From assembly GCA_963699755.1 (NCBI GenBank), contig CAVOVB010000002.1, positions 320,001 through 384,000 on the forward strand: a DNA stretch of 64,000 nt, written 5' to 3'. The notes under the pieces are model-generated. The model was not told the DNA's origin, ran no database searches, and saw only the letters and a program-made list of their open reading frames with translations. Every line of letters begins with the position of its first letter. Within the stretch, counting starts at the first letter, position 1. This stretch comes from an uncultured delta proteobacterium (GTDB lineage: Bacteria; Myxococcota_A; Polyangia; Polyangiales; Houyiibacteriaceae). Position numbers and translations under genes: made by a program. Shown piece after piece: positions 29,601 to 40,482 of the stretch.

Positions 29601-30005
29601 GTCCTGGTCGACTTCGGCCTCGCAGGTCGTCATCTCCGGCCAGGCTGTGGAACCGCGAACTACGGGGCCCCGGAGATTTGGGGTGCCGGAGACAAGTCTC
29701 AGGCGATCCCCGCGGACGTGTACGCATTCGGTTGCCTCATCTTCGAGGCGTATACTGGCCGGCCTCTATTCGATGGGATCGGAGAGGCCGCGTTGCTCAG
29801 CCAGCATGTGACGCACGACGGGAGGCCCGAAGCCGTCCGCGCACTGCTCGAGCAATCCGAAACCCGCGACCTCGGGACATTGATCGCGCGCTGCCTCCGA
29901 CGCGACCCGCGCGACCGAATCACGATTCGACAAGCGCGGCAGTTCCTCGCCGACCTTAGCCTCGGCGCGCAAGACCCGGCCTGGCCCGTGCGAATCGCGA
30001 GCTGA
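26658..30005 (+). CDS. Ser/Thr protein kinase with an ~810-aa helical N-terminal region
   Basis: C-terminal Hanks kinase: GTGTVGSV, ALKVP, FREEA, HLDLKPSNI, DFGLA, GTANYGAPE, DVYAFG. Confidence 0.88.
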   Translation: MRAATRDRLEGLSVLHRLNSAEQREAAWRRGMATLARAVIDERRPLPLEGLDPEALRQSLEVAVDGGLVDELGWLSGPAAAAALYEVAAALPSSPIKRQLGRMVVERLRRGDAATFVSVATQLALGSQRALSGRFIRARVALALSLPIGAVDNVDALALALVSRQDSSRDWLLTPAAGSLPSRRLAARLLERAAREAARRAAEGDDTGVRVFCTPAVREAWDRLLSDRETLVWRHVASARGLLASSMPIFEQEIRRHLDPEFTITEWRRAAASLAASIAVEPEEGVRACQELLESLIFEQDHGVAAAMISGLPRAAESHPVAVESLLEQLMRVSGLETAEALVELRAERIRPGFAEKAAKRAETRLRQAIADGGSEDLGREALMKALAEELGGKSSQGEPTLREMLSDALEIFASKGAYEAAREAEAILEAAARKATLLQRPFEGDPAAEVEVFLALRELDSALFETSTLNDLLLVGEDDDQHDGHDERLGDLFQQVTNWLVIREGDPLEKTGEVKQFTTRLRQLRTMLHLVDADGPEVDPRKDLVRQRRLLTQRVLLNRIQRDRQGSLRRTLCAATARTCDALVREDSADLSEVLVAAAEHVPHIDDLKAMAEASMVPEIKSMLRAYAKLQQATRTAARDGQGLVAATDALRAIGAELPVARSARIEALRQALSLLSRGLRAVAASGSLTEVADRSSGTPLSPLERGVAALAQLVNGSRRRLGVSVGDDAPAAAAAIWAMGLEVERALRSSVSEMDQALTMALNAIDRDLPGAFGELTGTVLEHLRSLPLDGPKRMPSLAPLELDADAPLPAWAPPSRIVGGFYLVRTVGTGTVGSVFIARRAEERQDETAPLFALKVPDYSAAAARTLSEDEFLKMFREEAGALLALPEHPNIPHFVTFDAGARPKPILVMELVEGPNLERMLEMGDLSVGRARDLLLGISAGLDAMHQVGVAHLDLKPSNIIVCHAEANTGVGQPPKPVLVDFGLAGRHLRPGCGTANYGAPEIWGAGDKSQAIPADVYAFGCLIFEAYTGRPLFDGIGEAALLSQHVTHDGRPEAVRALLEQSETRDLGTLIARCLRRDPRDRITIRQARQFLADLSLGAQDPAWPVRIAS

Positions 30006-30025
30006 GCCAAGCCGCTAAACGCGAA

Positions 30026-30054
30026 GCGGGCTCCAGATCGAACCTGGAACCCGC
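30026..30054. terminator. Hairpin between convergent kinase and OmpA genes
   Basis: GCGGGCTCCAG-7 nt-CTGGAACCCGC. Confidence 0.4.
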
Positions 30055-30090
30055 CGCGCAGATGCCGCGCCCAGTGGGCGCTACCGTGGA

Positions 30091-31905
30091 CTATGGTGCG
30101 GCGTCGCCGTCTTCAGTCGCACCTTCCTCGGGGCCCGTGTCGACCATGTGGAACTCGACGCGTCGGTTCTGCGCGAGCTCTTCCTTGGTCCTGGCGTCGG
30201 GAACGAGTGGCCGGGTTGGACCGAAGCCCTCGGCAATCAGGCGATCGTTACTGACCTTACCCCTACCGACGAGGTAGCGAACCACGGTCGTCGCGCGCAT
30301 CTTCGAGAGCCTCATGTTGTACTTGAGGCTACCGGTCGAGTCTGTGTGGCCCTCGACTCGGACGAGCTCGATCTCCGGGTGTGCGTTCAGGACCTCGGCC
30401 ACGTTGTCGAGCAGCGCGAAGGAGCGCGTCTGAAGCTTGTGACTTCCGGTCTTGAAGTAGACCTTCTCGAGGATCTCGAGCTGGCCCAGGCCGATGACCA
30501 CCATCTGGGCATTCTGACAGCCGTGGTTCTCCACGGTGCCCGGCTCATCCGGGCAGTTGTCGACGCGGTCGGGAACACCGTCGCCATCGCGATCGGGGTC
30601 CGGACAGCCGTTGTTCTCCAGGCTGCCAGGCTCGTTCGGACACTGGTCGTCGACATCGAGAATACCGTCGCCATCGTTGTCTGGATCGGGGCAACCGTCC
30701 TCGTCCTCGAATCCGTCGATGTCTTCGGGGTCGTTCGGACAGCCGTCGTCGACGTCGAGCACGCCATCGCCGTCGTTATCGAGGTCGGGACAACCATCTT
30801 CGTCCTGGAAGCCGTCGAAATCCTCAGGGTCATTGGGACACTGGTCGACGTCATCGAGAATGCCGTCGCCGTCGATATCCAGAATCGGTTCGACCCCGGG
30901 CATCGTGTAGCCGATCATCCCGATGCCGCGCCAATCGGGCGCGCCGTAGCCAGCGGTCACGCCCGCGCTACCCGAAACACCAACCACGAATCCCTTCGGA
31001 TGCAGGTACTTGAAGCCGCCGAGCACCTCCACGGGCGTCTCTTCTCGGACCCAGAACTTCACTTGGGTGTTTGCCGCGGTGCGGCCAAAAGCTTCAGCCG
31101 AGAGCATGAACTTCTCCTGGCCGAGCATGAGCAAAAGGCCACCGCCGAAGGTGAATTCGTTGCCAACATAGAGATTGGGCGCCACCTGTCGACCGTTCAT
31201 GTTACCGAGCTTATAGCCCGCCTGGATCGGAATACGCACGATGTCTCCCGCGTTGAAGGTCATCAGGAGCTCGAACCAGCCGCCGATGTACGGCTTCTTG
31301 TCGAACTGGCCGGCGTACTTCTGCAGATTGTCCGACAGCGAGGAGGTATTGATCGTCATCGTGGCCTGCAAGGCGAGCTCGAAGACGTCGTCACGCGTGC
31401 CAAAGATGTTGCCGCGCGCACCGAAGTACACGTCTCCAAAGTGACCGCCGTTCGGAAGCAGGTAGTTGAAGCTCGGATCGGGCAAACCCGCCGCCGCGTT
31501 CTGCCCGGCATCGATGATGAAGTGATAGGGGATGTCCATGTAGATCACCAGGTGATCCCACAAACCCAAGTTCCAATTGATGTGTCCGGTGAGCTGTCGA
31601 TGGACGACCGAAGAGGTCGTGCCGTTACCCGACTGCTCGAAGACGAGCGCGTCGTCGTTGTAGTCGACGTAGATCATCAGACCAAACCGCTTGTGGCCTT
31701 GGCCGTCTGCGGTGCTCGTCGCAAAGCCGTCTGTCGCAAGCTCCGCGGGTCGGTACTGGTTTAAATCGATCTGCGCCGTACCCTGTGCCTGCACTGAGTC
31801 GCCGACCAAAAGCCCGAGCAGGCCTATGAGCACCGCCAGCAACCTTGCAACCCAACCCCGGTTGAGCATTCTTAGGTCATCGCTCTGATTCACGCCATCC
31901 TCCAT
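30091..31905 (-). CDS. OmpA-family outer-membrane protein with thrombospondin type-3 repeats (TraB-like architecture)
   Basis: Signal peptide, beta-barrel-like N-terminal region, DxDxDGxxDxxDxCP repeats, OmpA_C motifs VEGHTD...NMRLS...NRRVEF. Confidence 0.9.
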   Translation of the reverse strand: MEDGVNQSDDLRMLNRGWVARLLAVLIGLLGLLVGDSVQAQGTAQIDLNQYRPAELATDGFATSTADGQGHKRFGLMIYVDYNDDALVFEQSGNGTTSSVVHRQLTGHINWNLGLWDHLVIYMDIPYHFIIDAGQNAAAGLPDPSFNYLLPNGGHFGDVYFGARGNIFGTRDDVFELALQATMTINTSSLSDNLQKYAGQFDKKPYIGGWFELLMTFNAGDIVRIPIQAGYKLGNMNGRQVAPNLYVGNEFTFGGGLLLMLGQEKFMLSAEAFGRTAANTQVKFWVREETPVEVLGGFKYLHPKGFVVGVSGSAGVTAGYGAPDWRGIGMIGYTMPGVEPILDIDGDGILDDVDQCPNDPEDFDGFQDEDGCPDLDNDGDGVLDVDDGCPNDPEDIDGFEDEDGCPDPDNDGDGILDVDDQCPNEPGSLENNGCPDPDRDGDGVPDRVDNCPDEPGTVENHGCQNAQMVVIGLGQLEILEKVYFKTGSHKLQTRSFALLDNVAEVLNAHPEIELVRVEGHTDSTGSLKYNMRLSKMRATTVVRYLVGRGKVSNDRLIAEGFGPTRPLVPDARTKEELAQNRRVEFHMVDTGPEEGATEDGDAAP

Positions 31906-32052
31906 TCACGTCCCTGCAAGGGGCTGAAAACCCCGAATCTCCGCGCAAGTGTCGCCCTCAAGTAGCACCGCAGTAAAAAAAAGCGGAGCGAAAGCGACTA
32001 AGCAAAGGGTCCGAAAGCCGCTGATACAGAAAGAATCCGCTAGGATCACACC

Positions 32053-33411
32053 ATGCGTCCGGAGGCCGGATATCGAACTGCACCCCTCGCCTTGAAGGGA
32101 ATGCCGCCCGGCATTCCATACATCGTCGCGAACGAGGCGGCCGAACGGTATAGCTTCTACGGGATGCGCGCGATTTTGGTCATCTTCATGACCAAGTACG
32201 TGATGAACGCGCAGGGCGAGCTCGATCCGATGACGGACGAGCAGGCCACCGCCTGGTTCCACGTATTCGTGTGGGCGGTTTACTCATTTCCGATTCTAGG
32301 CGCGATTCTCTCAGATGCATTTCTCGGCAAGTATCGCACAATCATGGCGCTCTCGATCGTGTATTGCCTGGGGCATCTGACGCTGGCAATCGACGACAGC
32401 AGATTCGGCCTGGGCCTGGGCCTCGCCCTGATCGCAATGGGATCGGGCGGCATCAAACCTTGTGTCTCGGCTCATGTCGGAGATCAGTTTGGTCCATCCA
32501 ACGCCTATCTCTTGACGAAGGTCTTCGGCTGGTTCTACTTCGCGATCAACGTGGGCGCGCTCGCGTCGATCTTGTTTGCAGAGCCCCTCCTTCACCGGTA
32601 TGGGCCGTCGGTCGCATTCGGAGTCCCGGGTGTGCTGATGGCGCTGGCAACCTTCGTCTTCTGGATGGGACGAACTAGGTTCGTACACATCCCTCCTGGA
32701 GGGCTCGCGTTCGTTCGCCAAGTCTTCAGTGCGGAAGGTCTCAAGGTTCTCGGAAGGCTCTCCGTCATTTACGTCTTCATCTTGATGTTCTGGGCGCTCT
32801 TCGATCAGCAAGGATCGGCCTGGGTGCTTCAGGCCCAACGCATGGACCGACACTTCATCATCGATTGGGATCCATCCCAGGCTCAGTGGCTCAACCCCGC
32901 TCTTGTGCTCTTGTTCATTCCGCTCTTCAATCGCGTGGTTTACCCGGCTTTCGGCCGGTTCTGGCAACTCACCCCGCTCCGGAAGATTTCGATGGGATTG
33001 TTCTTGACGGTCCCTGCATTCCTGCTGCCCGCCTGGCTCGAAGCGCGGCTCGATGCGGGGGAAACGGTGAGCATCGTCTGGCAGCTGGGCTGCTACGTCC
33101 TCATGACGGCTGCCGAGATCCTCATCTCGATCACCGCGCTGGAATTCTCCTATACGCAGGCGCCCAAGAGAATGAAGTCGGTGGTGATGGGTGCGTTCTT
33201 CGCTAGCGTGGCGGCGGGGAACCTCTTCACGGCTGCAGTAAACTTCTTCATTCAGAACCCGGACGGGACGAGCAAGCTCGAAGGAGCCTCGTACTATTTG
33301 TTTTTTGCGTCGGCCATGGCGATCACTGCAGTACTCTTCGTCCCGTTTGCAGTCTGGTACAAGGAACGAACGTACATTCAGGACGAAGTGCCAAGTGAGG
33401 CAATGGCGTGA
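32053..33411 (+). CDS. POT/PTR oligopeptide:H+ symporter
   Basis: [12 protein letters not shown] (ExxERFxYY), [26 protein letters not shown]. Confidence 0.93.
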   Translation: MRPEAGYRTAPLALKGMPPGIPYIVANEAAERYSFYGMRAILVIFMTKYVMNAQGELDPMTDEQATAWFHVFVWAVYSFPILGAILSDAFLGKYRTIMALSIVYCLGHLTLAIDDSRFGLGLGLALIAMGSGGIKPCVSAHVGDQFGPSNAYLLTKVFGWFYFAINVGALASILFAEPLLHRYGPSVAFGVPGVLMALATFVFWMGRTRFVHIPPGGLAFVRQVFSAEGLKVLGRLSVIYVFILMFWALFDQQGSAWVLQAQRMDRHFIIDWDPSQAQWLNPALVLLFIPLFNRVVYPAFGRFWQLTPLRKISMGLFLTVPAFLLPAWLEARLDAGETVSIVWQLGCYVLMTAAEILISITALEFSYTQAPKRMKSVVMGAFFASVAAGNLFTAAVNFFIQNPDGTSKLEGASYYLFFASAMAITAVLFVPFAVWYKERTYIQDEVPSEAMA

Positions 33412-35135
33412 GCATCATCGACGAGGCGCGGTCCTGGATCGCCATCGACCCGGATCCCGAAACGCGTGCAGAGCTCCAGGCGCTCATCGAACAGGGAGAT
33501 CTCCCGGCTCTCGAGGAACGCTTCAGCGGGCCCTTGCAGTTCGGCACTGCTGGGCTTCGCGGCCTGCTGGGCGCTGGGCCCGCACGGATGAACCGAGTCA
33601 CGGTCGCGAAAGCCACCGCGGGTTTCTGCGCTTGGTTGAAGCGAGAAGTTCCCGAGGTAGCCTCCCGGGGCATCTGTGTGGGCCGCGACGCGCGTCCCAA
33701 GAGCGACGTTTTCGAGCGCGACATCATCGAAATTGCGACTGGCGCCGGCATTCCCGTTTGGTGCTTCAGCGATCTGGTCCCTACCCCCGTGCTTGCGTTC
33801 GCGGTGCTGGAGGTGCGCGCCGCAGGAGGCGTCATGATCACCGCGAGCCACAACCCACGCGGGTACAACGGCTACAAGGTTTACTGGGAGAACGGCGCGC
33901 AGATCATCCCGCCGAACGACCGAGGCATCGCTGGCGAAATCGAGCGGTGCCCCAAACTGAGCCAGATTCCTCGTCTCTCACCAGCGGAAGCTCAACAGAG
34001 GGACTTGCTCCGAAACGCTGATCAGCTCCGGGAGCGCTACGTCGAACGAATCGCCGCTGAGGTCCACGACACCAAGGTCGGCGCCGACCTGCGCATCGCA
34101 TATACGGCGCTTCATGGCGTCGCAGAGGACACGTTCCGAAGGGTCCTCGCGCGGGCAGGCTTTGAAGATGTGCAGAGCGTGAGCGAGCAGGCCAGCCCCG
34201 ACGGCAGCTTTCCCACGGTCGAGTTTCCAAACCCCGAGGAACCCGGTGCGATGGACAGGGTTCTCACGCTCGCAGAAGAAATCGGTGCCGACCTTGCGAT
34301 CGCCAACGACCCCGACGGTGATCGTGTGGCGGTTGCGGTGCGCGGTGAACGAGGCTTCGAATCGCTCTCCGGGAACGACGTTGGTATCCTCTTGGCCAAT
34401 GAGCTGCTCGCTCGGCATCAGGGATCGGGGCAGCCCGTGGTGATTTCCACGATCGTGAGCAGTCCGATGCTCGGCCCGGTGGCGGCGAGCTATGGGGCGC
34501 GATGGGAGCAAACACTAAGCGGGCACAAATGGATTCAAAACCGCGCGCTCGAGCTCGAAGAGCAAGGCTACGCCTACTTGTTCGGCTATGAAGAGGCCCT
34601 CGGCTACGCGCCCTTTTCCGCGGTTCGCGACAAAGATGGCATCAGCTCTGCGCTGCTCATGGTCGACGTGGCCTCGCGCCTCAAAGCGCGCGCAGCGACG
34701 CTGTTGGACGCGCGCGACGAGCTCTGGCGCAAACATGGTTTCTTCGCGGAGCGCCAGATTTCGGTGCGCTTCGAGGGTGCGGACGCCAAGGCCCGAATGA
34801 ATGCCATCGTCGATCACTACCGAGAAGACCCACCATTGCTGATCGGTGGACAGGCACTGCTCCGAATGCTGGATTTCGAGCGGAAACTTCAGTGGACACC
34901 CCTCGCACAGAGCCCCCTAGGCGGGCGCGCATCGAGCAACGTCTTGGTCTTCGAGCTCCAGGGCGGACATCGGGCCATGATGCGACCAAGCGGAACCGAG
35001 CCGAAGCTCAAGTATTACTTTTATGCGGCGGCCTCGGCTCGCGTGGGCCACGACCTGATCGAGGCAAAGAAGCAGGCACGCGATGTGCTCGAAGGCATGG
35101 TCGAAGATCTCCTCAATCAGTCCAACGGTTGCTGA
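33408..35135 (+). CDS. Phosphomannomutase/phosphoglucomutase
   Basis: [37 protein letters not shown]. Confidence 0.95.
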   Translation: MSIIDEARSWIAIDPDPETRAELQALIEQGDLPALEERFSGPLQFGTAGLRGLLGAGPARMNRVTVAKATAGFCAWLKREVPEVASRGICVGRDARPKSDVFERDIIEIATGAGIPVWCFSDLVPTPVLAFAVLEVRAAGGVMITASHNPRGYNGYKVYWENGAQIIPPNDRGIAGEIERCPKLSQIPRLSPAEAQQRDLLRNADQLRERYVERIAAEVHDTKVGADLRIAYTALHGVAEDTFRRVLARAGFEDVQSVSEQASPDGSFPTVEFPNPEEPGAMDRVLTLAEEIGADLAIANDPDGDRVAVAVRGERGFESLSGNDVGILLANELLARHQGSGQPVVISTIVSSPMLGPVAASYGARWEQTLSGHKWIQNRALELEEQGYAYLFGYEEALGYAPFSAVRDKDGISSALLMVDVASRLKARAATLLDARDELWRKHGFFAERQISVRFEGADAKARMNAIVDHYREDPPLLIGGQALLRMLDFERKLQWTPLAQSPLGGRASSNVLVFELQGGHRAMMRPSGTEPKLKYYFYAAASARVGHDLIEAKKQARDVLEGMVEDLLNQSNGC

Positions 35136-35297
35136 GCAGCGCTCGTGCCATCGCTCTCATGCCCGTGAGGCGCGGTACAGACCTTTCGCTCGGCAGGTTC
35201 GGTGGGTTGAGACGCTGACCGAAACCCGGCCACGAGGCGAGCGCGAAGCATGGGCTATTCCGCTTGTGGCGGACGTCCGTCGCATTGGTCCGCAAAG

Positions 35298-35882
35298 CTA
35301 CTGGAGCGAAGCGGTCACGACGATTGCAATCGCCGCCAAGAGAACGACGCCGGCGGCACCCCAGAGGATGGCCGTTCTGTGGCGTCGGCGACGACTGCGC
35401 GAAGCGCCGTGATGCGCATCCCCCAATTGAAGGCGTTCCGAAAGCAAGCCCGGCGCGGACCCAGGCTCGTTGGGCCAGGCAGCAGTCGTAGCCGGCATGG
35501 CGAGCGGATCGAAGCGCGGGGCCCGGCGCGCGACCGCCGAGTTGGCCCGCGAGGTCGTTTGCCCGCGACCGGGATCGGTTTGGATCGATTCGACCTTCAG
35601 CTTGGGCCCACCACGGCCGAGCTCAATCTCGTCGTCGGTCCTGAGAGCCGCGTGCTTGATGCGTCGACCGTTAAGCCAAGTTCCGTTGCGGCTACCCATG
35701 TCGACGAGGATGTAGCGCCCGCCTTCGCTCCGGATCTCAGCATGCCGACCCGAGGCGTCCAAGTCGACCTCTGGATCGAAATTGATATCGCTGTCGGGCA
35801 TGCGCCCGATTCGGATCAGCTCTTGGTCGAATTCGAGCTCTCGTCTCGAGTCGGCGCCCTTGGTTTGGCGAATTCGGATCAC
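35298..35882 (-). CDS. FHA-domain protein with C-terminal TM anchor
   Basis: IGR...SGRHAEI...DMGSRNGTWLNG. Confidence 0.85.
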   Translation of the reverse strand: MIRIRQTKGADSRRELEFDQELIRIGRMPDSDINFDPEVDLDASGRHAEIRSEGGRYILVDMGSRNGTWLNGRRIKHAALRTDDEIELGRGGPKLKVESIQTDPGRGQTTSRANSAVARRAPRFDPLAMPATTAAWPNEPGSAPGLLSERLQLGDAHHGASRSRRRRHRTAILWGAAGVVLLAAIAIVVTASLQ

Positions 35883-35891
35883 AATCGAATC

Positions 35892-37367
35892 TCAATCAAC
35901 TGACGGCACGAGCTCGACTTCCCATCGCCGCCCAGGCTCCACCATGATGTCTTTGCCCACCTGTGTCCCGTCTAGCTCACGGGCCTCGAAATGGTACGCG
36001 CCAGGCGGAAGTCGCAACAGAATCGCCTCGTCGACTCGAAGCGGCCCGTAGCTCCTGCCGTTGACGTAGAGCTCGCCATCATCGATCGCCGCGCGAACCT
36101 CCACCTCGACAGGGACCTCCGCGTTCGCAAACGCAGGCGGCGGTGGTTCTGCGAGATCTGTCCGAGTCGCACGCCGTCCGGCGCTCACGATGGTGACGAC
36201 CGCCGCCAAAGCGAGCAGCCCAAGGACCGATGCGACTGTCGTCCAGGAAAACGAACCCTGCGCCGGTGGGTCGGAGATGAGCTCCCGAATCGATCCTCGT
36301 GTCCCCGCCATCGCGCGGGGCACCATGCTCTTGACGACACCTGGGAGAGTAGGACCAGAAACCACTCGCTCGTTCTTGCCGCGTGGAAGTGGATACTGCT
36401 GGTAGAAGGGAACCTCCCCGGCTTCAGGCGGGTCTAGCGCCTCACCATCGAAGTCGGCAACGATACAAGTGATGTTGTCGTGACCCCCGGCGGCGTTGGC
36501 AAGGTCGATGAGAGAGTCCACTAGCTTCGGGAGCGAACGAATTCGGGCCATCTCTGCTTCGATCGCGGCGTCGTGAACGAGGCCGCTGAGCCCATCCGAG
36601 CAGAGCAGGATCCGGTCGCCGCGTCGGAGCTCCACGAATGTGAGATCGACGACGACCTGTTCGGTGGTGCCGAGCGCCTGCAAGATGATGTTCGAGTGCT
36701 CGAATGCCTCGGCTTCGTCTGCGGTGAGCTGGCCCGCTTCGATCAACTGATTGACGAGTGACTGATCTTTGGTGATGAGGGTCAGGCGCCCGTCTCTCAG
36801 GATGTAACAACGGCTGTCGCCTACCTGCCCGATGAAAAAGACTTTGTCGATAAGCCCCGCAACTGTCGCCGTGGTTCCCATGCCCCGGCGAGAACGATCT
36901 TTCTTGGCGGAGCGGAAGATCCGCGAGCCGGCTTCTTCGATGGAGTCGACCAAGCGTCGCGCGAAGCTGTCGCGGTCCTTGGGTGCCGCCTCACCTCGCA
37001 GTGTTTCGAAGAGCGTGTCGACTGCCATTTGGCTAGCAACCTCGCCGGCAGCGGCCCCACCCATGCCGTCACAGACGGCCAGGGCGATGCCCCGGTTCGA
37101 AACCGAGCCGGTGATGATCTGCTCGCCGGGCAGGGGACCAGAGGCGACGCTCAGGTCGCCGACCATGAAATTGTCCTCATTGTGTTCGCGGACGAGGCCA
37201 ACCTCTGTTTTTCCATAGAAGGTGAAGACAATGCCATCGGCACGGGGCTTCAAGCTCGGGTCGGAGACCCTCTCCCAGGTCTCCTTGCCCCCCGCCGGAA
37301 GCAACGTGTCCTCACCCTCTCGCCGCTTCGAGCGATCTCCACCGTTGCGGTGTGCGTCGCCGCTCAT
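35892..37367 (-). CDS. PP2C (Stp1/PrpC-type) phosphatase with TM helix and PEGA-like domain
   Basis: VREHNED, CDGMGG, GMGTT, VGDSR, CSDGL, GGHDNIT; TM; C-terminal ELYVNG...LPPGAY. Confidence 0.9.
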   Translation of the reverse strand: MSGDAHRNGGDRSKRREGEDTLLPAGGKETWERVSDPSLKPRADGIVFTFYGKTEVGLVREHNEDNFMVGDLSVASGPLPGEQIITGSVSNRGIALAVCDGMGGAAAGEVASQMAVDTLFETLRGEAAPKDRDSFARRLVDSIEEAGSRIFRSAKKDRSRRGMGTTATVAGLIDKVFFIGQVGDSRCYILRDGRLTLITKDQSLVNQLIEAGQLTADEAEAFEHSNIILQALGTTEQVVVDLTFVELRRGDRILLCSDGLSGLVHDAAIEAEMARIRSLPKLVDSLIDLANAAGGHDNITCIVADFDGEALDPPEAGEVPFYQQYPLPRGKNERVVSGPTLPGVVKSMVPRAMAGTRGSIRELISDPPAQGSFSWTTVASVLGLLALAAVVTIVSAGRRATRTDLAEPPPPAFANAEVPVEVEVRAAIDDGELYVNGRSYGPLRVDEAILLRLPPGAYHFEARELDGTQVGKDIMVEPGRRWEVELVPSVD

Positions 37368-37481
37368 TCAGTTCCCACCAACATCCATGGACCCCACCAA
37401 GACACTATAACGATACACTGTCGATCTGCACGATCGAAATCTCTCACCGATCGGCCCTCGATCCCCAGGTTTCGGGGCCTT

Positions 37482-38141
37482 TCACAAGACGAAATTGAAT
37501 CCAACCCGAAGGACCAACATCGCGTCCAAGGGTGCATCAACCGCTCGCAAGGCGCCATCAGCAGGGGTGGTGAACGATCGAGTCCGCAGGAGGTTCCCAG
37601 TCACGAGGAACGTGAAGGCGGTGCCATGACTCAATTCCACCTCGGCACCGGCCCCGATCTCGGCCATCCCGCCCATCGTCGCCACGCGAAAGGAGGGACC
37701 GAACACAAGGAAGCCGCCGCGGAGGCGGATGAGTGGGTGGAGCGCGTTCTTGGGCAGGAACGAGTACTGGAGCAGCCCCGTGAACATCTGGGGAACCGAG
37801 GTCTCGTAAACGCCGTTCGCCGTCAGCAGCCAGAGCTCGTAGCCAAAGCCCAAGCCAATGCCCTTCGGCCAGCGGTAGGAGAAGTTGAGCCCGATGGCCC
37901 AGCCGAGGTCGGCGATACAGCCATAGCCCTGGGGGCAGAGCCGATTGGTGGACAGCGGAACCACCATGCCGGTCTCCGGTCCGATCGCGATTGACCCTTT
38001 GCGCTGTGGAGGGCCTCCCGGCAACTCCCCTGGCTCGGCCCCAGCCCATTGCGGCGCGCCCAGGCAGAGCCCCCATAGACAAATGGCTGCGGCGCGGCTT
38101 GGCACGGCTGTAGCATAGAGCGTCGAATCCCGTAGAGACAA
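37482..38141 (-). CDS. Outer-membrane beta-barrel-like hypothetical protein
   Basis: Signal-like N-terminus, alternating beta strands, C-terminal LRVGFNFVL. Confidence 0.65.
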   Translation of the reverse strand: MSLRDSTLYATAVPSRAAAICLWGLCLGAPQWAGAEPGELPGGPPQRKGSIAIGPETGMVVPLSTNRLCPQGYGCIADLGWAIGLNFSYRWPKGIGLGFGYELWLLTANGVYETSVPQMFTGLLQYSFLPKNALHPLIRLRGGFLVFGPSFRVATMGGMAEIGAGAEVELSHGTAFTFLVTGNLLRTRSFTTPADGALRAVDAPLDAMLVLRVGFNFVL

Positions 38142-38143
38142 GA

Positions 38144-38171
38144 TTGACAGCCCCCTACCCTCTCTTATAGT
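38144..38171 (+). promoter_or_regulatory. sigma70 promoter TTGACA-16-TATAGT
   Basis: Near-consensus boxes about 33 bp upstream of ATG 38205. Confidence 0.6.
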
Positions 38172-38204
38172 AGCGCCGATTCGACCCCGCTTAAGAGGTT
38201 TCAG

Positions 38205-38573
38205 ATGGAGATCTTCCTAACCAAGCGCGCGATGCGGCAAGTGAGGCTCTCGGTCGCCGATGCGATCGAAGACGGTGAGATCGACGCACTGCGCGAGGAC
38301 CTCGTCAGCGTCTTTTCCGACGACGACGTCGAGGAAATTGAACGCCGAATCGACAGCGGCGACTTCTATGACTTCATCTCGGAGATCCTCGACGAGTGGT
38401 CTGGCGAGGACCTGGACGAGCTCATGGAGCTCCTCGAGACCCAGCTTGCCGATGCCGACGTGGATCTCAAGTACACGGCAACGGAAGACGAAGAGGTCGA
38501 GGTTGAGGAAGAAGCGGTAGAAGAGGAAGAAGAAGAAGAGCTCATCGTCGACGACGAAGACGAAGAAGTGTGA
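38205..38573 (+). CDS. Extremely acidic small protein
   Basis: GAGG RBS, strong promoter; 122 aa with very high D/E content and a poly-E tail. Confidence 0.8.
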   Translation: MEIFLTKRAMRQVRLSVADAIEDGEIDALREDLVSVFSDDDVEEIERRIDSGDFYDFISEILDEWSGEDLDELMELLETQLADADVDLKYTATEDEEVEVEEEAVEEEEEEELIVDDEDEEV

Positions 38574-38684
38574 GCGGCCGCCGCAGGCGTCGGCTGATCC
38601 CGTCACCATCCTTGCCGCCGACTGATTGACAGCTCGCCCCCGTCACGCTACCAGCATCGCCGCTCTCCCGAGAGCGACCCCCAG

Positions 38685-39916
<1,232 letters not shown>

Positions 39917-40159
39917 GCTGCCTCAGGCGCTTGACCTCGGGGAGCTCCATGCCGCCGTACACCCGGCGCCACCGGTACAGCGTCTCGACGCTCACGTCGT
40001 GCTTCTTGGCGACTTCCGCGACCGAGCTCTGGTCGGTCTCCCGGACCGTCTTCACCTTCTGCTCTTCACTAAATCGACTCTTCCTCATGCACTCTCCGGA
40101 CGGTCCCGAAGAGGCAGTCTGTCACGTTTCGCGTGGTCCGAAATTCCGGGGGCAGGTCA

Positions 40160-40428
40160 GGCGGGGCAGCGCCGGCTACGTCGGACGCACGCTGACGCTA
40201 TCGGCATCGGCTCGTCGCCGCACCGAAGTTCCTCGCTGCTCACCCGCTCACAGTTCCGCGCGACCTCACCCGCGTCCCGTGTGCGTGCTGCATCCACTGC
40301 CGGAAAGTCCAATGCGCGCTCTCGTCGTCGAGCGACGATCGATGTCGCCCCTTGTCCGACAGTTTCTCGACTACGCCAGCGAAAACGTGGCCCAAGCTTT
40401 GGGCACGGTCGTCAACAGCTCGTTATGA
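40160..40428 (+). pseudogene. Possible 3' fragment of a LysR-type regulator
   Basis: ...ALVVERRSMSPLVRQFLDYA resembles a LysR C-terminal helix; cut by the IS3 end. Confidence 0.35.
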
Positions 40429-40482
40429 GGCGCATGAGGACTTAGCAACCAAAGGTGGGCCAACGGCGAGAACGATCGTCGG

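Noticed and set aside
30148..31764. Long antisense ORFs (also 51600..53051, 59046..60329, 60863..62056)
   Set aside because: Shadow frames of well-supported genes in high-GC DNA, with no motifs of their own.
35140..35295. Structured ncRNA between convergent genes
   Set aside because: Only imperfect GC-rich pairing, with no recognisable family motif or promoter.
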